The notes under the pieces: generated by a model
What the model was told of the DNA's origin: nothing
Database searches by the model: none
What the model saw: only the letters and a program-made list of their open reading frames with translations
Assembly (NCBI GenBank): GCA_027491435.1
Contig: JAOZFG010000004.1
Location: forward strand, 202,626 to 266,625
Length of the DNA: 64,000 nucleotides
Origin: Thermoproteota archaeon
GTDB lineage: Archaea; Korarchaeota; Korarchaeia; Korarchaeales; Korarchaeaceae
Direction: 5' to 3'
In this document: piece by piece, positions 44,737 to 54,016 of the stretch
Position numbering within the stretch: the stretch's first letter is position 1
Layout of the letters: the number at the start of each line of letters is the position of its first letter
Translations under genes and position numbers: made by a program

Positions 44737-47664
44737 GGAGGTGCTCTTCCTCTTACTCACTATCTCGTCGAAGTCCACGTCGAGGGCGTCCAAGATCTGC
44801 TCGAAGGTGCTCCTCATAATCTCCACATATTTGTCTACGTCTATGTCGCTCTTCTTAGCCATCTCCACAGGATACACCCCCTCTCCTCCCCTAACCTTCA
44901 CGTAACTTATTACCTGACCGGGGACCACCACCACACCACGGGCCCTCAACATCCTAGCCACCTTAACGTGTTGGGGCGTGGTCTTTACGTAGCTGTCCAA
45001 ATCCTTGGTTAACATTGTCCTGAAGGCTAAATCCTCGACTTTAAAGTCACCCGATTTGAGCCTCTCCACGTAATCCCTTATTATCTGGGATATCTTCTCC
45101 TTGGCCCTCTCGAAGTCTTCGGGGGTCTCAACCTCTTTTAGGACGTTCAAGACCTCCTGAAAAGCCTGCTTTACGAAGTCAGGTATGTTCCTCTTCTTTC
45201 CAAGAAGCCCCTTGACCACAACGGCCCCATCTTTAGTGACTCCCAGGTAGTTCTTCTTGAGGCTGGAGAAGACCACGTACCTGAACCAGTTGTCCAACTC
45301 CAAGTCAATGCCCAGTAGGCTTTCCACCCTCTCCTCAAGCCTCCTTATCTGCTCTTCAGTGGCGTCCTTTATGAACAGAGAGTCCGTATTGTGAAGCAGA
45401 ATCCCGTTTCCGAAGAACGTGTGGGTGCCTTCCACCTCCAGATCGTAGACGTACTCAGGCGTGTCAACCCTTGAGACTTGAAGGGGCCTCACCTTCTGGA
45501 CTTTGTAAGCTAAGAGGCCGCTATCTTCTACGGGGACAAGCCTCACCAGGTAGCCTCTAAGAGCTTTGGGTTTTGCTGGCCTTAGGGAGCCGTCTAGCAC
45601 CATTAAAGAGTGGTCCTCGGTTACGTCCACGTGCCCTCCAGGAAACTCCACCCTGTACATCTCCTTGTCGGTCCTGTGCCTCATCACGTATCTCACCCTC
45701 TTAAAGGCCGGCTCGCCGGAATCAAGCGATAGAACGTAGAGGTCTTCTGGGAAGTAGTACTCCTTGCCGCCCGAGACTAGATGGACCTCCTTGAAGAGGT
45801 CCTCTATCCTAACCTGACCGTCCCTTGTGATGACCAAGGTGTCAGGGGATACGCTGTCCCCATATATGACCTTTAACCCCATCTCCTCAGCCATCTTAAC
45901 TGAAAGGGTTATTGCCTTCCTTCCTAAAGCCGTTATCATCTCAGCCACTGGGGGCGAGTAAAGCGGGAAGTTTTCGTAACCGAAGACGCCGTAAGAGGCG
46001 TTCAGAAACACCTTAAGGCTACTCTGGACGGTGTCATACCACTCCTTAAGCTCCCCTTGGCTTGTCTTAGCGAGCCTCTTGTACCTCTTAACCCTCACGT
46101 CCCTCAGGGCCCTTATGATCTTCGGTATTATGCCAAGGTCCTTAGTACAGATCCAATGCGGAAGCTCTTCCACTGGCCTGTTTTCCCTACACTCCTTGTG
46201 GGGGCAATTAATGGTCTCGAAGCTCACACCCCACCTCCCTATTATCGAGGGGTACAGGCTAGCGAAGTCCATGACAGCAACCCTGAAGTGCACCCCAGGC
46301 ACGGGGTTCAGCACTATCGCTCCCATGTACTTCTTGCCCTTTATTAGGGCCTTTGAGTAAGTCCTCTCCCCTCTAACCTTCATAATCTCCTCCTTCTCGG
46401 GGATTAGCCAGTTCCTCCTCCTGTACTCGAAGAATATCATGTTCTTTATCCACTGAGACACTCCCTGCCTGGAGACCTCCTCCAGGGACATCTTGCTTAT
46501 CCTGGCGAGCAGGAAGAGGAGTCTGATTATCTCTCCAGAGTTTATGTTTCCGAGCTTATGAGTGAGGACGGCGTCTTGGAGGCAGTACTTGGCCAAGGTC
46601 ACGCTATCCACTTTGGAGAAGTCGTAAGTGCTTATCTCAACTTTCCTCTCCCCCAACAAGGCTTCCGATATCTCGTCCAGCGTGTATCCCAGGTACCTGT
46701 TTTTGAAGACGTACCCCTGAATGGACCTGTTGTTGAAGAACTTGTACAGGTCTACGTGTATTCCCGTATCCAGTAGAGCCCTATCCCTCTCAAGCCTTAT
46801 GGGCTTGGGGCTAACCCCGAGCTCCTTGGCCCTCCTGGCCAGATACGGGAAGTCGAAGTTATCCCCGTTATAAGTGAACACCAATGGGTAGGAGGAGATC
46901 AGATCTAAGGCGTCCCTGAGCATCTTCCCTTCAGACTCATAAACCCTCACCTTCGCCCCGTTAAGTTCTTCAGGGGGCTCCTTACCCCTGCTTAACATGA
47001 AAACTTCCCTTCTGCCATCACTTCCTACAAAAGCTATGGCCAACACGGGCTTAACTGGGTTAGAGGGGTCAGGAACCTTTCCCTCGGTGGTCAGGACCTC
47101 TATGTCCACCGCCAAGTTCCTCAGGTTTGGCGATGGCTGGTCGAAGAGCGGCATCAAGCCCTCAAGTATCCTAACGGTCTCTTGGTCTAGATCCCTGAAC
47201 TCCTCCCCAATTTCCCCCCTCTCATGTATCCTCTTTACCTCATCACCCACTTCATAGTAACAGCCGGGTACGAGCTGTCTGTCGTAGACGTAACAATCGT
47301 AGTACTTTATCTTGGCCTCCCACACCCTGTATCCCTTCTTGGAGAGCTCCTCCCTTATGTTCTTCCCAGAGCCGCCTATTGCTAAGGGGTCCTTGGCCTC
47401 AAGTTTGGTGAGCTCAACCCATCTATCCCTCAACACGTCGTACTTCTTCACCCTGTAGGCCCCCTCAACCCTAGCCTGCAGGTTTCCTGGTAAAAGCTCT
47501 TCAATCTTGTCGTGGGGAGCGTCTGTCAGCAGGTAGGGCCTATGACCAGTATTGTCCTTTATCAGGAAGACCTCGTCCCTCTCAGGATCGTAAAACTTCA
47601 TGACCGCGGACCTATCATCTCCAGAGTAGAACACCGACAGGAGCACACCTTTCCTAACGCCCAT
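44719..47664 (-). CDS. polB: Family B DNA polymerase (PolB1-type), intein-containing
   Basis: Exonuclease DIE, YNGDNFD and YCLQDA; polymerase DFASLYPS, KVFLNASYG and YGD|TDS split by an intein. Confidence 0.95.
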   Translation of the reverse strand: MGVRKGVLLSVFYSGDDRSAVMKFYDPERDEVFLIKDNTGHRPYLLTDAPHDKIEELLPGNLQARVEGAYRVKKYDVLRDRWVELTKLEAKDPLAIGGSGKNIREELSKKGYRVWEAKIKYYDCYVYDRQLVPGCYYEVGDEVKRIHERGEIGEEFRDLDQETVRILEGLMPLFDQPSPNLRNLAVDIEVLTTEGKVPDPSNPVKPVLAIAFVGSDGRREVFMLSRGKEPPEELNGAKVRVYESEGKMLRDALDLISSYPLVFTYNGDNFDFPYLARRAKELGVSPKPIRLERDRALLDTGIHVDLYKFFNNRSIQGYVFKNRYLGYTLDEISEALLGERKVEISTYDFSKVDSVTLAKYCLQDAVLTHKLGNINSGEIIRLLFLLARISKMSLEEVSRQGVSQWIKNMIFFEYRRRNWLIPEKEEIMKVRGERTYSKALIKGKKYMGAIVLNPVPGVHFRVAVMDFASLYPSIIGRWGVSFETINCPHKECRENRPVEELPHWICTKDLGIIPKIIRALRDVRVKRYKRLAKTSQGELKEWYDTVQSSLKVFLNASYGVFGYENFPLYSPPVAEMITALGRKAITLSVKMAEEMGLKVIYGDSVSPDTLVITRDGQVRIEDLFKEVHLVSGGKEYYFPEDLYVLSLDSGEPAFKRVRYVMRHRTDKEMYRVEFPGGHVDVTEDHSLMVLDGSLRPAKPKALRGYLVRLVPVEDSGLLAYKVQKVRPLQVSRVDTPEYVYDLEVEGTHTFFGNGILLHNTDSLFIKDATEEQIRRLEERVESLLGIDLELDNWFRYVVFSSLKKNYLGVTKDGAVVVKGLLGKKRNIPDFVKQAFQEVLNVLKEVETPEDFERAKEKISQIIRDYVERLKSGDFKVEDLAFRTMLTKDLDSYVKTTPQHVKVARMLRARGVVVVPGQVISYVKVRGGEGVYPVEMAKKSDIDVDKYVEIMRSTFEQILDALDVDFDEIVSKRKSTSLTDFF
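45388..45855 (-). mobile_element. Mini-intein (156 aa, no homing endonuclease) in PolB motif C
   Basis: Starts SVSPDT after YGD; block B VTEDHS, block F VYDLEV; ends LLHN before extein T(DS). Confidence 0.93.
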
Positions 47665-47797
47665 TTCCCTCCTACTAGGAGAGAGCACACTAAAAATGTG
47701 CCGTCTTAAAGTCGACCGGGAGATTACGACCTTATGGATAAGCTAATTCGCCGAGCCCTTGCAATGCTTAAATAAAGGGGCGGGGTCTGGTGAAGGG

Positions 47798-48769
47798 GTG
47801 CTCCTGTTGAAAAGGGCGCTAACGTTTGCGTTGCTACTGCTCATTGTCCCGCTGATCCGACTGGATGCTCAACCGAGGGGCCCTAGGATTAGCGTTGTAA
47901 TCGACGAGAGCCTCAGGGCTCACGTGAAGGCCGAGCTGATAAGGGTAATCCATCACTCCGAGTCCATATACTTGAGCAACAAGCTTAAGATACCCCTGAT
48001 GCCCTGGCTCCACTACAAGGGCAACGTGACGGCGAAGAACGAGGGAGGGAGGTTAACGGGCACATACCAGGTGCTGGTGATACCCAGGCCGGGACAGGCC
48101 AAGGTGAGAGCTCTTTTCTTCCCCAACATCAGGGCTAGAGGACTTCTGACTAACGTGACCGTCTACGGCATGATGAAGTTCTTGTACGGCTCCTCCCTGA
48201 CATACTACGGGCTGAACTGGTACTTCGTCAACGTGACTTACCAGGTATCGCCCAACATAAATTACACGGGAATAGCCGGCGTTGTAACTTTGTCGGACCC
48301 TGACAGCTACATAGATACCCTGAACGTCTCATTTGACTCCTTCAACGAACCTGACGAGAACACCTTGGTCATCAGGTACACGATAGACGCTGTAAGCGTT
48401 CCACTTAAACTTCAGGAGGCTGAGGAAGGCTACTTAACGCTAGACCTGAGCCCCGTTCTAAAGATAATCCCAGATGACGTTGCTGGAGTCCTTCAGGTGA
48501 ACTTCACAGATCCGTCCATAGAGGTGTTAGGCGGAGTTCCAGCGCCTAAACTGACCCTGTGGAACTCGGCAACGTGGGAGTACGTCCCTCAGCTACAGGA
48601 TACCGGAAAGGGTGTGGTCGTGATAGTGAAGAAACCCGGCGCCGTGATAAACCCCTCATACCTGCTGTCCTTCATCCTGCCCGTGGTAGTGGGCACCTAC
48701 CTTTACTGGAGGCGCGAGTACGAGGCCAAATCAAAGGGAGTTAAGGAGAAGGGCCAGAGCAAGGGTTAG
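47798..48769 (+). CDS. Exported protein with C-terminal membrane anchor
   Basis: KR plus hydrophobic signal peptide, several N-x-T/S sequons, C-terminal TM helix followed by WRR. Confidence 0.7.
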   Translation: MLLLKRALTFALLLLIVPLIRLDAQPRGPRISVVIDESLRAHVKAELIRVIHHSESIYLSNKLKIPLMPWLHYKGNVTAKNEGGRLTGTYQVLVIPRPGQAKVRALFFPNIRARGLLTNVTVYGMMKFLYGSSLTYYGLNWYFVNVTYQVSPNINYTGIAGVVTLSDPDSYIDTLNVSFDSFNEPDENTLVIRYTIDAVSVPLKLQEAEEGYLTLDLSPVLKIIPDDVAGVLQVNFTDPSIEVLGGVPAPKLTLWNSATWEYVPQLQDTGKGVVVIVKKPGAVINPSYLLSFILPVVVGTYLYWRREYEAKSKGVKEKGQSKG

Positions 48770-49432
48770 ACTCTCTCCGTAACCTCTTCCCGGGGCAACG
48801 AAGTCCGCTCTCCTTTTTACCTCTTCTGGGGACTGGGGTAAAGTTATAGAGGTTCCAGCCACTTCGAACATGTCCACGTCGTTGTAGGAGTCGCCTATCG
48901 CCACAACCTTGGAGCAAGGAGTTCCGGTCATTAGACACAACTGCTTCAGCCCGGAACCCTTGTTCACACCCTTGGGCATGATGTGCAGGGCGTAACCGCT
49001 GTACCTGATCACGGCTTCAGGGAACTCCCCCTGTAGCTCCTCTTGTACCCTTAAAAGAATTCTTTCATCGCCTCTCAAGGCCAGATCAGCTGCCCTGAGG
49101 TAGGAATCCTCAGAAATTAGCCCCTCATACCCCCTCTCCCTCAAGTAGCTTAACAAGCGTTTCCTCAGCTCGCCCCCATCCACCTTCCTTACCTCATCAC
49201 CGACAATTACCACGCAACCGTTCTCCGCAATTATAAGCCTCTCTTTGGACGGCCTGACGTACCTGAATATGGATATAGCTATAGGGTAGGCGTTCCCGGT
49301 AACTAACGCCACCTTCACCTTTTTCCCCAGCTCCCTCAACGCCTTGACTGCAGTGAGATCCAGGCTCAAATCCGGACCTGTAATGGTACCGTCAACATCA
49401 ACTGCGATTAGCTCAAAGTCCCGGACCATCAT
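48731..49432 (-). CDS. HAD-superfamily phosphoglycolate phosphatase (archaeal Cof type)
   Basis: DVDGT, TGN, AENG, NKG and GDSYND motifs. Confidence 0.88.
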   Translation of the reverse strand: MMVRDFELIAVDVDGTITGPDLSLDLTAVKALRELGKKVKVALVTGNAYPIAISIFRYVRPSKERLIIAENGCVVIVGDEVRKVDGGELRKRLLSYLRERGYEGLISEDSYLRAADLALRGDERILLRVQEELQGEFPEAVIRYSGYALHIMPKGVNKGSGLKQLCLMTGTPCSKVVAIGDSYNDVDMFEVAGTSITLPQSPEEVKRRADFVAPGRGYGESLTLALALLLNSL

Positions 49433-49476
49433 TCTTTATAAACGCCCTCCCTTCCATCCATGTGAGGGGATAAGGC

Positions 49477-49953
49477 TTGCCTTCATGGGGATACTCCTAT
49501 AAAACCTTAAATGAGAGACAGGCTAAAGCCTCTGGAAGAGACCTGAGAGTCTCTTTCAAGGAGATGGTGGAGCTCCTCAGGGAGATTAGGGGAAAGAAGC
49601 TTGAGGATGCCTACAAACTTCTAGACGACGTGATAGCCCTGAAGAGGGCCATACCCTTCAAGAGGTACAAGAAGGGAGTAGGGCATAGGAGGGAGCTCAC
49701 CGGCTGGAAGCCCGGGAGATACCCAGTAAAGGCCGCAAAGTTGGTCAAGAAAGTGCTAAAGAACGCTGAACATAACGCTATGGAGAAGGGGCTTGAGGCG
49801 GACAACCTATATATAGTACACGCCGCCGCTCAGCAAGGAAGGAAGTTGAGGAGGATATTCTACAGGGCCTACGGTAGGGCCACCCCCAGAATAGAGCAGC
49901 TGGTCCACGTGGAGATTGTGGTGGAGGAGCGGACTGAGGAGGGTGAGGAGTGA
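49477..49953 (+). CDS. rpl22: 50S ribosomal protein L22
   Basis: GRYPVKAA, NAEHNA and RAYGRATP motifs; TTG start. Confidence 0.96.
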   Translation: MPSWGYSYKTLNERQAKASGRDLRVSFKEMVELLREIRGKKLEDAYKLLDDVIALKRAIPFKRYKKGVGHRRELTGWKPGRYPVKAAKLVKKVLKNAEHNAMEKGLEADNLYIVHAAAQQGRKLRRIFYRAYGRATPRIEQLVHVEIVVEERTEEGEE

Positions 49954-50726
49954 TGACCTTCTACAAGAAGTTCGTTCAGGACGGCCTGGTTAAGTACGCC
50001 CTTCATGAGCTAATGGAGAGGCACCTGGAGAGAGCGGGCTTTCACAAAGTGGAACTGTCCAGCACGGCTGTCAGGGACGTGATAACGATATACGTGGAGA
50101 AGCCTGGCATAGTAATAGGGAGAGGAGGTAGGGCGTCGAAGAAGCTCGGAGAGATCGTGAAAGAGAAGATAGGGATACAGAACCCTTACATACAGGCGAA
50201 GAAGGTCGAGGAACCCTTCCTAAGCGCTAAGATAGTCGCCTCCTATATAGCCAGGAGGATAGCCAAGGGAGAGAGGCACAAGAGGGTGGCCTTCGCCGCC
50301 CTGAGGAGGGTCATGGCTGCCGGCGCTAAGGGAGTTGAGATAAGGCTTTCAGGGAAGTTCGGAAGCCAGAGGGCTAGGGAGGAGAGGTTCAGGGCCGGTG
50401 TGATATACAGGTGTGGGCAGGATCAGATAGAGAAGACCGAATACGCTGTGAAACACGTGATCATGCCCCAAGGCGTGATAGGAGTTAGGGTCAGGATCAT
50501 AAGGCCTGACGTGACAAGCCCTGATAAGCTCGTACTCAAAGAGGATAAGGTGGAGGAGTTGCTAGAAAAGATGAGGGCCGAGTCCTCCTCTGAGGTCGTG
50601 GAGGTTGAGATACCGGAGGAGCTTAAGGAGGAGGTGGAGGCCGTTAAGTCCGAGGGCGGAGGTTCAGAGGAGAGTGGAGAGGAGAAAGGTGAGGAGGTGA
50701 GCGGAGATGCCGTCGAAGGAAGCTGA
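49950..50726 (+). CDS. rps3: 30S ribosomal protein S3
   Basis: KPGIVIGRGG KH domain, GAKGVEIRLSGK and GVIGVRV; acidic tail. Confidence 0.96.
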   Translation: MMTFYKKFVQDGLVKYALHELMERHLERAGFHKVELSSTAVRDVITIYVEKPGIVIGRGGRASKKLGEIVKEKIGIQNPYIQAKKVEEPFLSAKIVASYIARRIAKGERHKRVAFAALRRVMAAGAKGVEIRLSGKFGSQRAREERFRAGVIYRCGQDQIEKTEYAVKHVIMPQGVIGVRVRIIRPDVTSPDKLVLKEDKVEELLEKMRAESSSEVVEVEIPEELKEEVEAVKSEGGGSEESGEEKGEEVSGDAVEGS

Positions 50727-50910
50727 GGAGCTGAGGGGTTTATCCATAGAGGAGCTCCTGGAGAAGCTTAGGGAGGTTAAAAGGGAACAGTTCCTCGAGG
50801 AAATGAAGTTCAAGGTAGGGGCAGCTGAGAAGCCTCACCTAAGGAGGGCTCTAAGGAGGAGAAGGGCCAGGATTCTGACCATACTCAGGGAGAGGGGAGT
50901 TAAGCTATAA
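50707..50910 (+). CDS. rpl29: 50S ribosomal protein L29
   Basis: ELRGLS.EEL...RRRARILTILRE pattern and operon position. Confidence 0.92.
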   Translation: MPSKEAEELRGLSIEELLEKLREVKREQFLEEMKFKVGAAEKPHLRRALRRRRARILTILRERGVKL

Positions 50911-51170
50911 GGCGACCGACGGACCTGCTCTACCACGAGCTAATAGGCTATAGGGTGAAGGTCGTGAGATCCCCTAACTTCCATGAGCTGGGTATGGAGG
51001 GCCTGATCCTTTATGAGACTAGGAATACCTTTATAATCAGGACTGATCGGGGTGACAAGGTAATACCTAAGGCCGGGAGGATCTTCGTGATAGACGTAGG
51101 CGGGGTTAAATACACCCTGCTGGGAGATCGCCTGGTAGGTAGGCCTGAGGAAAGGGTGAAGAGAGCATGA
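50907..51170 (+). CDS. rnp1: Ribonuclease P protein component 1 (Rpp29/Pop4); probable ATA start
   Basis: DLLYHELIG.RVKVV, G.I..ETRNT, IPK and GRPEER motifs; conserved HELIG lies upstream of the first NTG. Confidence 0.88.
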   Translation: MRRPTDLLYHELIGYRVKVVRSPNFHELGMEGLILYETRNTFIIRTDRGDKVIPKAGRIFVIDVGGVKYTLLGDRLVGRPEERVKRA

Positions 51171-51511
51171 GCTTACTGAGAAAGCTCCCTGAGAGCTTAA
51201 TATATGATGTAATCCCCCCGGATAAGGAATGTGATGACGATAAGTGCCCATGGCATGGGAACATATCGCTCAGGACCAGGACGATAGTGGGTAAGGTGGT
51301 CTCCACTAAGATGACCAGAACCGTCACCGTGCTGGTTGAGTACCTTCACTACATCCCCAAGTATAAGAGGTATGAGAGAAAGAGGAGCAAGATACACGCC
51401 CACCTTCCCCCGTGTATAGAGGTCAAGGAGGGCGATGTGGTAAAAATAGTGGAGACGAGGAGGCTGGCCAAGACAGTAAGTCACGTGGTCTTAGGGAAGG
51501 TCAAGAAGTAG
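51167..51511 (+). CDS. rps17: 30S ribosomal protein S17 (uS17)
   Basis: CDDDKCPWHG, KYKRYE, AHLPPC and ETRRLAKT motifs. Confidence 0.96.
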   Translation: MSLLRKLPESLIYDVIPPDKECDDDKCPWHGNISLRTRTIVGKVVSTKMTRTVTVLVEYLHYIPKYKRYERKRSKIHAHLPPCIEVKEGDVVKIVETRRLAKTVSHVVLGKVKK

Positions 51512-52604
51512 GAGGAGCAGGAACCTTCCTCCTCCACCCATACTTGTCCTCATCGTAGAAGGGCATCTTGTGAACCCTAACCTTTATTTCCTTGACTCCC
51601 TTGACCAGAAGTTCGGTTCCCTCCTCTGAATACTTCTTAATTACGTATCCCATGGCAATGCCCCTCCTCACCGTAGGACTATAGTTCCCGCTGGTGATGA
51701 ACCCCACTTCCTCCCCCTTTAGGTTGGTTATCACGTTACCCGGCCTTGGGGCGCTTCTTCCCTCGCTTAGGAGGCCCACTCTAACTTTCTCAACCTCCCT
51801 GTTGATTAGGGCTTCTTTACCGAAGAATTCCTTGCTCATATCCACTGCGAAGTCCAGCCTGGCCTCGAACGGGTTTGTCTCCTCGTTTATGTCGTTACCG
51901 TAGAGTACGAGGCCTGCTTCCAGCCTAAGTATGTCCCTAGCCACTAGCCCGCAGGGCCTAACCCCTTGACTCACTAGGGATCTGACGAACTCCTCTGCCA
52001 GTTCCACGTCCCCGAATATCAACTCGTATCCGTCCTCCCCCGTATAACCGGTCCTGCTAATCAGAACCTTCTTCCCGCGATGCTCGACCTCCCTAACCCG
52101 AAACTTCTTCACCTTTACATCAAAACCCAGAATTTGGTGGACCTTCTGCCTGGCCCTGGGGCCCTGGATTGCTACCATGATCGTCTCCTCGGTTACGTCC
52201 TCAACTTTAACTTCGAAGTCTGAATTTCCCAACAGATGGCCGAACCAGTTCAATATCTTCTCCCTGTTGGCAGCGTTGACTACGAACAGCAAGGGGTCAA
52301 CCAAGAAGGCAACGTTGTCGTCCTTTATCCCCCCTAACTCGTTGAGGGTTAGCGTGTACCTAGTCCTGCCACCTTCAACCATTAAGTTAGAGGTGGTAGC
52401 CCAATTCAGAAATTTGAGGGCGTCTCGACCCCTCAGCACGAACCTGGCCATGTGGGACACGTCGAAGAAGCCAGCATCCTCCCTAACGGCCATCGCCTCC
52501 TTTATGGAATTAGTGTACTTCATAGGGGTTCTCCACCCCGCAAACTCGAAGAAATGGGCCCCCAACTCTTCGTGTAAAGGCTCTAAAGGCAACGTTTTTA
52601 TCAT
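51501..52604 (-). CDS. gcvT: Glycine cleavage system aminomethyltransferase T
   Basis: FAGW, FDVSHM, SRTGYTGEDGYE and RDILRLEAG motifs. Confidence 0.92.
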   Translation of the reverse strand: MIKTLPLEPLHEELGAHFFEFAGWRTPMKYTNSIKEAMAVREDAGFFDVSHMARFVLRGRDALKFLNWATTSNLMVEGGRTRYTLTLNELGGIKDDNVAFLVDPLLFVVNAANREKILNWFGHLLGNSDFEVKVEDVTEETIMVAIQGPRARQKVHQILGFDVKVKKFRVREVEHRGKKVLISRTGYTGEDGYELIFGDVELAEEFVRSLVSQGVRPCGLVARDILRLEAGLVLYGNDINEETNPFEARLDFAVDMSKEFFGKEALINREVEKVRVGLLSEGRSAPRPGNVITNLKGEEVGFITSGNYSPTVRRGIAMGYVIKKYSEEGTELLVKGVKEIKVRVHKMPFYDEDKYGWRRKVPAPPTS

Positions 52605-52683
52605 TAGAAACCCCCTTCCATACATTAGGGGTAAAGGTTATTACGATTCTCACCGGTTGGTCCTGGAAGTTGCGGGTGTTACG

Positions 52684-54012
52684 ATGGAAGAACTGGTTGG
52701 GAAGTTAGAAGGAATTCTCGGGGAAGGGGAAGTTCTGACTGATGAGATAAGCCTAGCTTCCTACTCATACGACGCCTCAGGCTACATATATAGACCAGAA
52801 GTAGTCATCAGGCCAGGAAATATTGACGAACTCACCGAAGTCGTGAAGGTTCTGATGGATTACAGAGTCCCCATAACCCCAAGGGGGGCCGGCACCTCCC
52901 TGGTTGGAGGGCCCCTGCCAGTTAACGGAGGCGCGGTTATAGACCTACAGATGTTAAACGAAGTCTTGGAAGTTGATGAGGATCAGGGGATAGTGCAGGT
53001 AGAAGCCGGGGTCAAAGTAGCTGAGCTCAATGAGCTTATAGACGGTAGGTTCATGCCAATAAACCCGGATGGAACGGGTTCGTCCACTATAGGGGGCCTA
53101 GCGGCTGAGGACGCGGCCTCCCCACTGTCCTCGGTTTACGGAACCGTTAAAGACCTGATCTTGGGGATGGAGGTCCTCCTGCCCAACGGAGACCTAGTCT
53201 CCCTGGACGGGCCGGTCAATCGGAGCAGGAGGAACTTGATTGACCTGCTCATTGGCTCTGAGGGGACCTTGGGAATAGTGACTTCCGTTACCCTCAAGCT
53301 CCCCACCGAACCCGAGGAGAGGATGGCTTACGAGATAACCTTCAACGACCTAATGGACGCCATGTCCCTGGCAGAAGAGATGGAGAAGGCCGGAATAAGG
53401 CAGGCTGCCTTTGAAGTCTACCACAACCTGGGGCTGGTGATGGGCTCAGCCGAGACCGAGGCGGTAGGTTACCTGGAGATAATGGGCCCCCCGGAGTGCG
53501 TGAACGCATGGGACTCAAGGATCAGGGAGCTCTCTAACAGGGTGGGGGTTACATCAATAAACCCGATAGACCCCTACGAAGCCGATACGATATGGAAGGA
53601 GAGGGCGAAGATCTATGAAGTGGCTAAAGCCACCAAGAGCGCCCTAAAGGTAGGGAGCTTCAAGGTTAGCCCTTCGTCCACAAGGGATTTTGTCCAAGAA
53701 GTTGACAGGACGTCCAACAGGATGAAGCTCAAGAGCATCAGCGTGATCAACCCTTTGCTGGGTTGGGTAATAGCTATCTTGCTTCACAAAAGGTCCGAAT
53801 CTAAAGAGGTGGAGAGGGCCGAGAAGGGGATGTCTGAGATAGTAAGGATCTCCAACAACATGGAATCCTCCATGGGCTATGGGTTGGGCGTGGGGATAAA
53901 CAGGATCTCTGCTGATATAGATGAGGGATTCGTTCAGATATACTCGGCTATAAAGAGGAGCTTTGATCCTTACTGGCTGTTCAACCCTGGAAAGCTTATA
54001 GAGAGGGATTGA
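52684..54012 (+). CDS. FAD-binding oxidoreductase, GlcD/D-lactate dehydrogenase family
   Basis: PRGAGTSLVGG, STIGG, GSEGTLGIVT and FNPGK motifs; true start ATG 52684. Confidence 0.88.
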   Translation: MEELVGKLEGILGEGEVLTDEISLASYSYDASGYIYRPEVVIRPGNIDELTEVVKVLMDYRVPITPRGAGTSLVGGPLPVNGGAVIDLQMLNEVLEVDEDQGIVQVEAGVKVAELNELIDGRFMPINPDGTGSSTIGGLAAEDAASPLSSVYGTVKDLILGMEVLLPNGDLVSLDGPVNRSRRNLIDLLIGSEGTLGIVTSVTLKLPTEPEERMAYEITFNDLMDAMSLAEEMEKAGIRQAAFEVYHNLGLVMGSAETEAVGYLEIMGPPECVNAWDSRIRELSNRVGVTSINPIDPYEADTIWKERAKIYEVAKATKSALKVGSFKVSPSSTRDFVQEVDRTSNRMKLKSISVINPLLGWVIAILLHKRSESKEVERAEKGMSEIVRISNNMESSMGYGLGVGINRISADIDEGFVQIYSAIKRSFDPYWLFNPGKLIERD

Positions 54013-54016
54013 GGTT

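Noticed and set aside
52177-52683. N-terminal extension of the 611-aa ORF
   Set aside because: It is the antisense shadow of gcvT; GlcD-like sequence starts at ATG 52684
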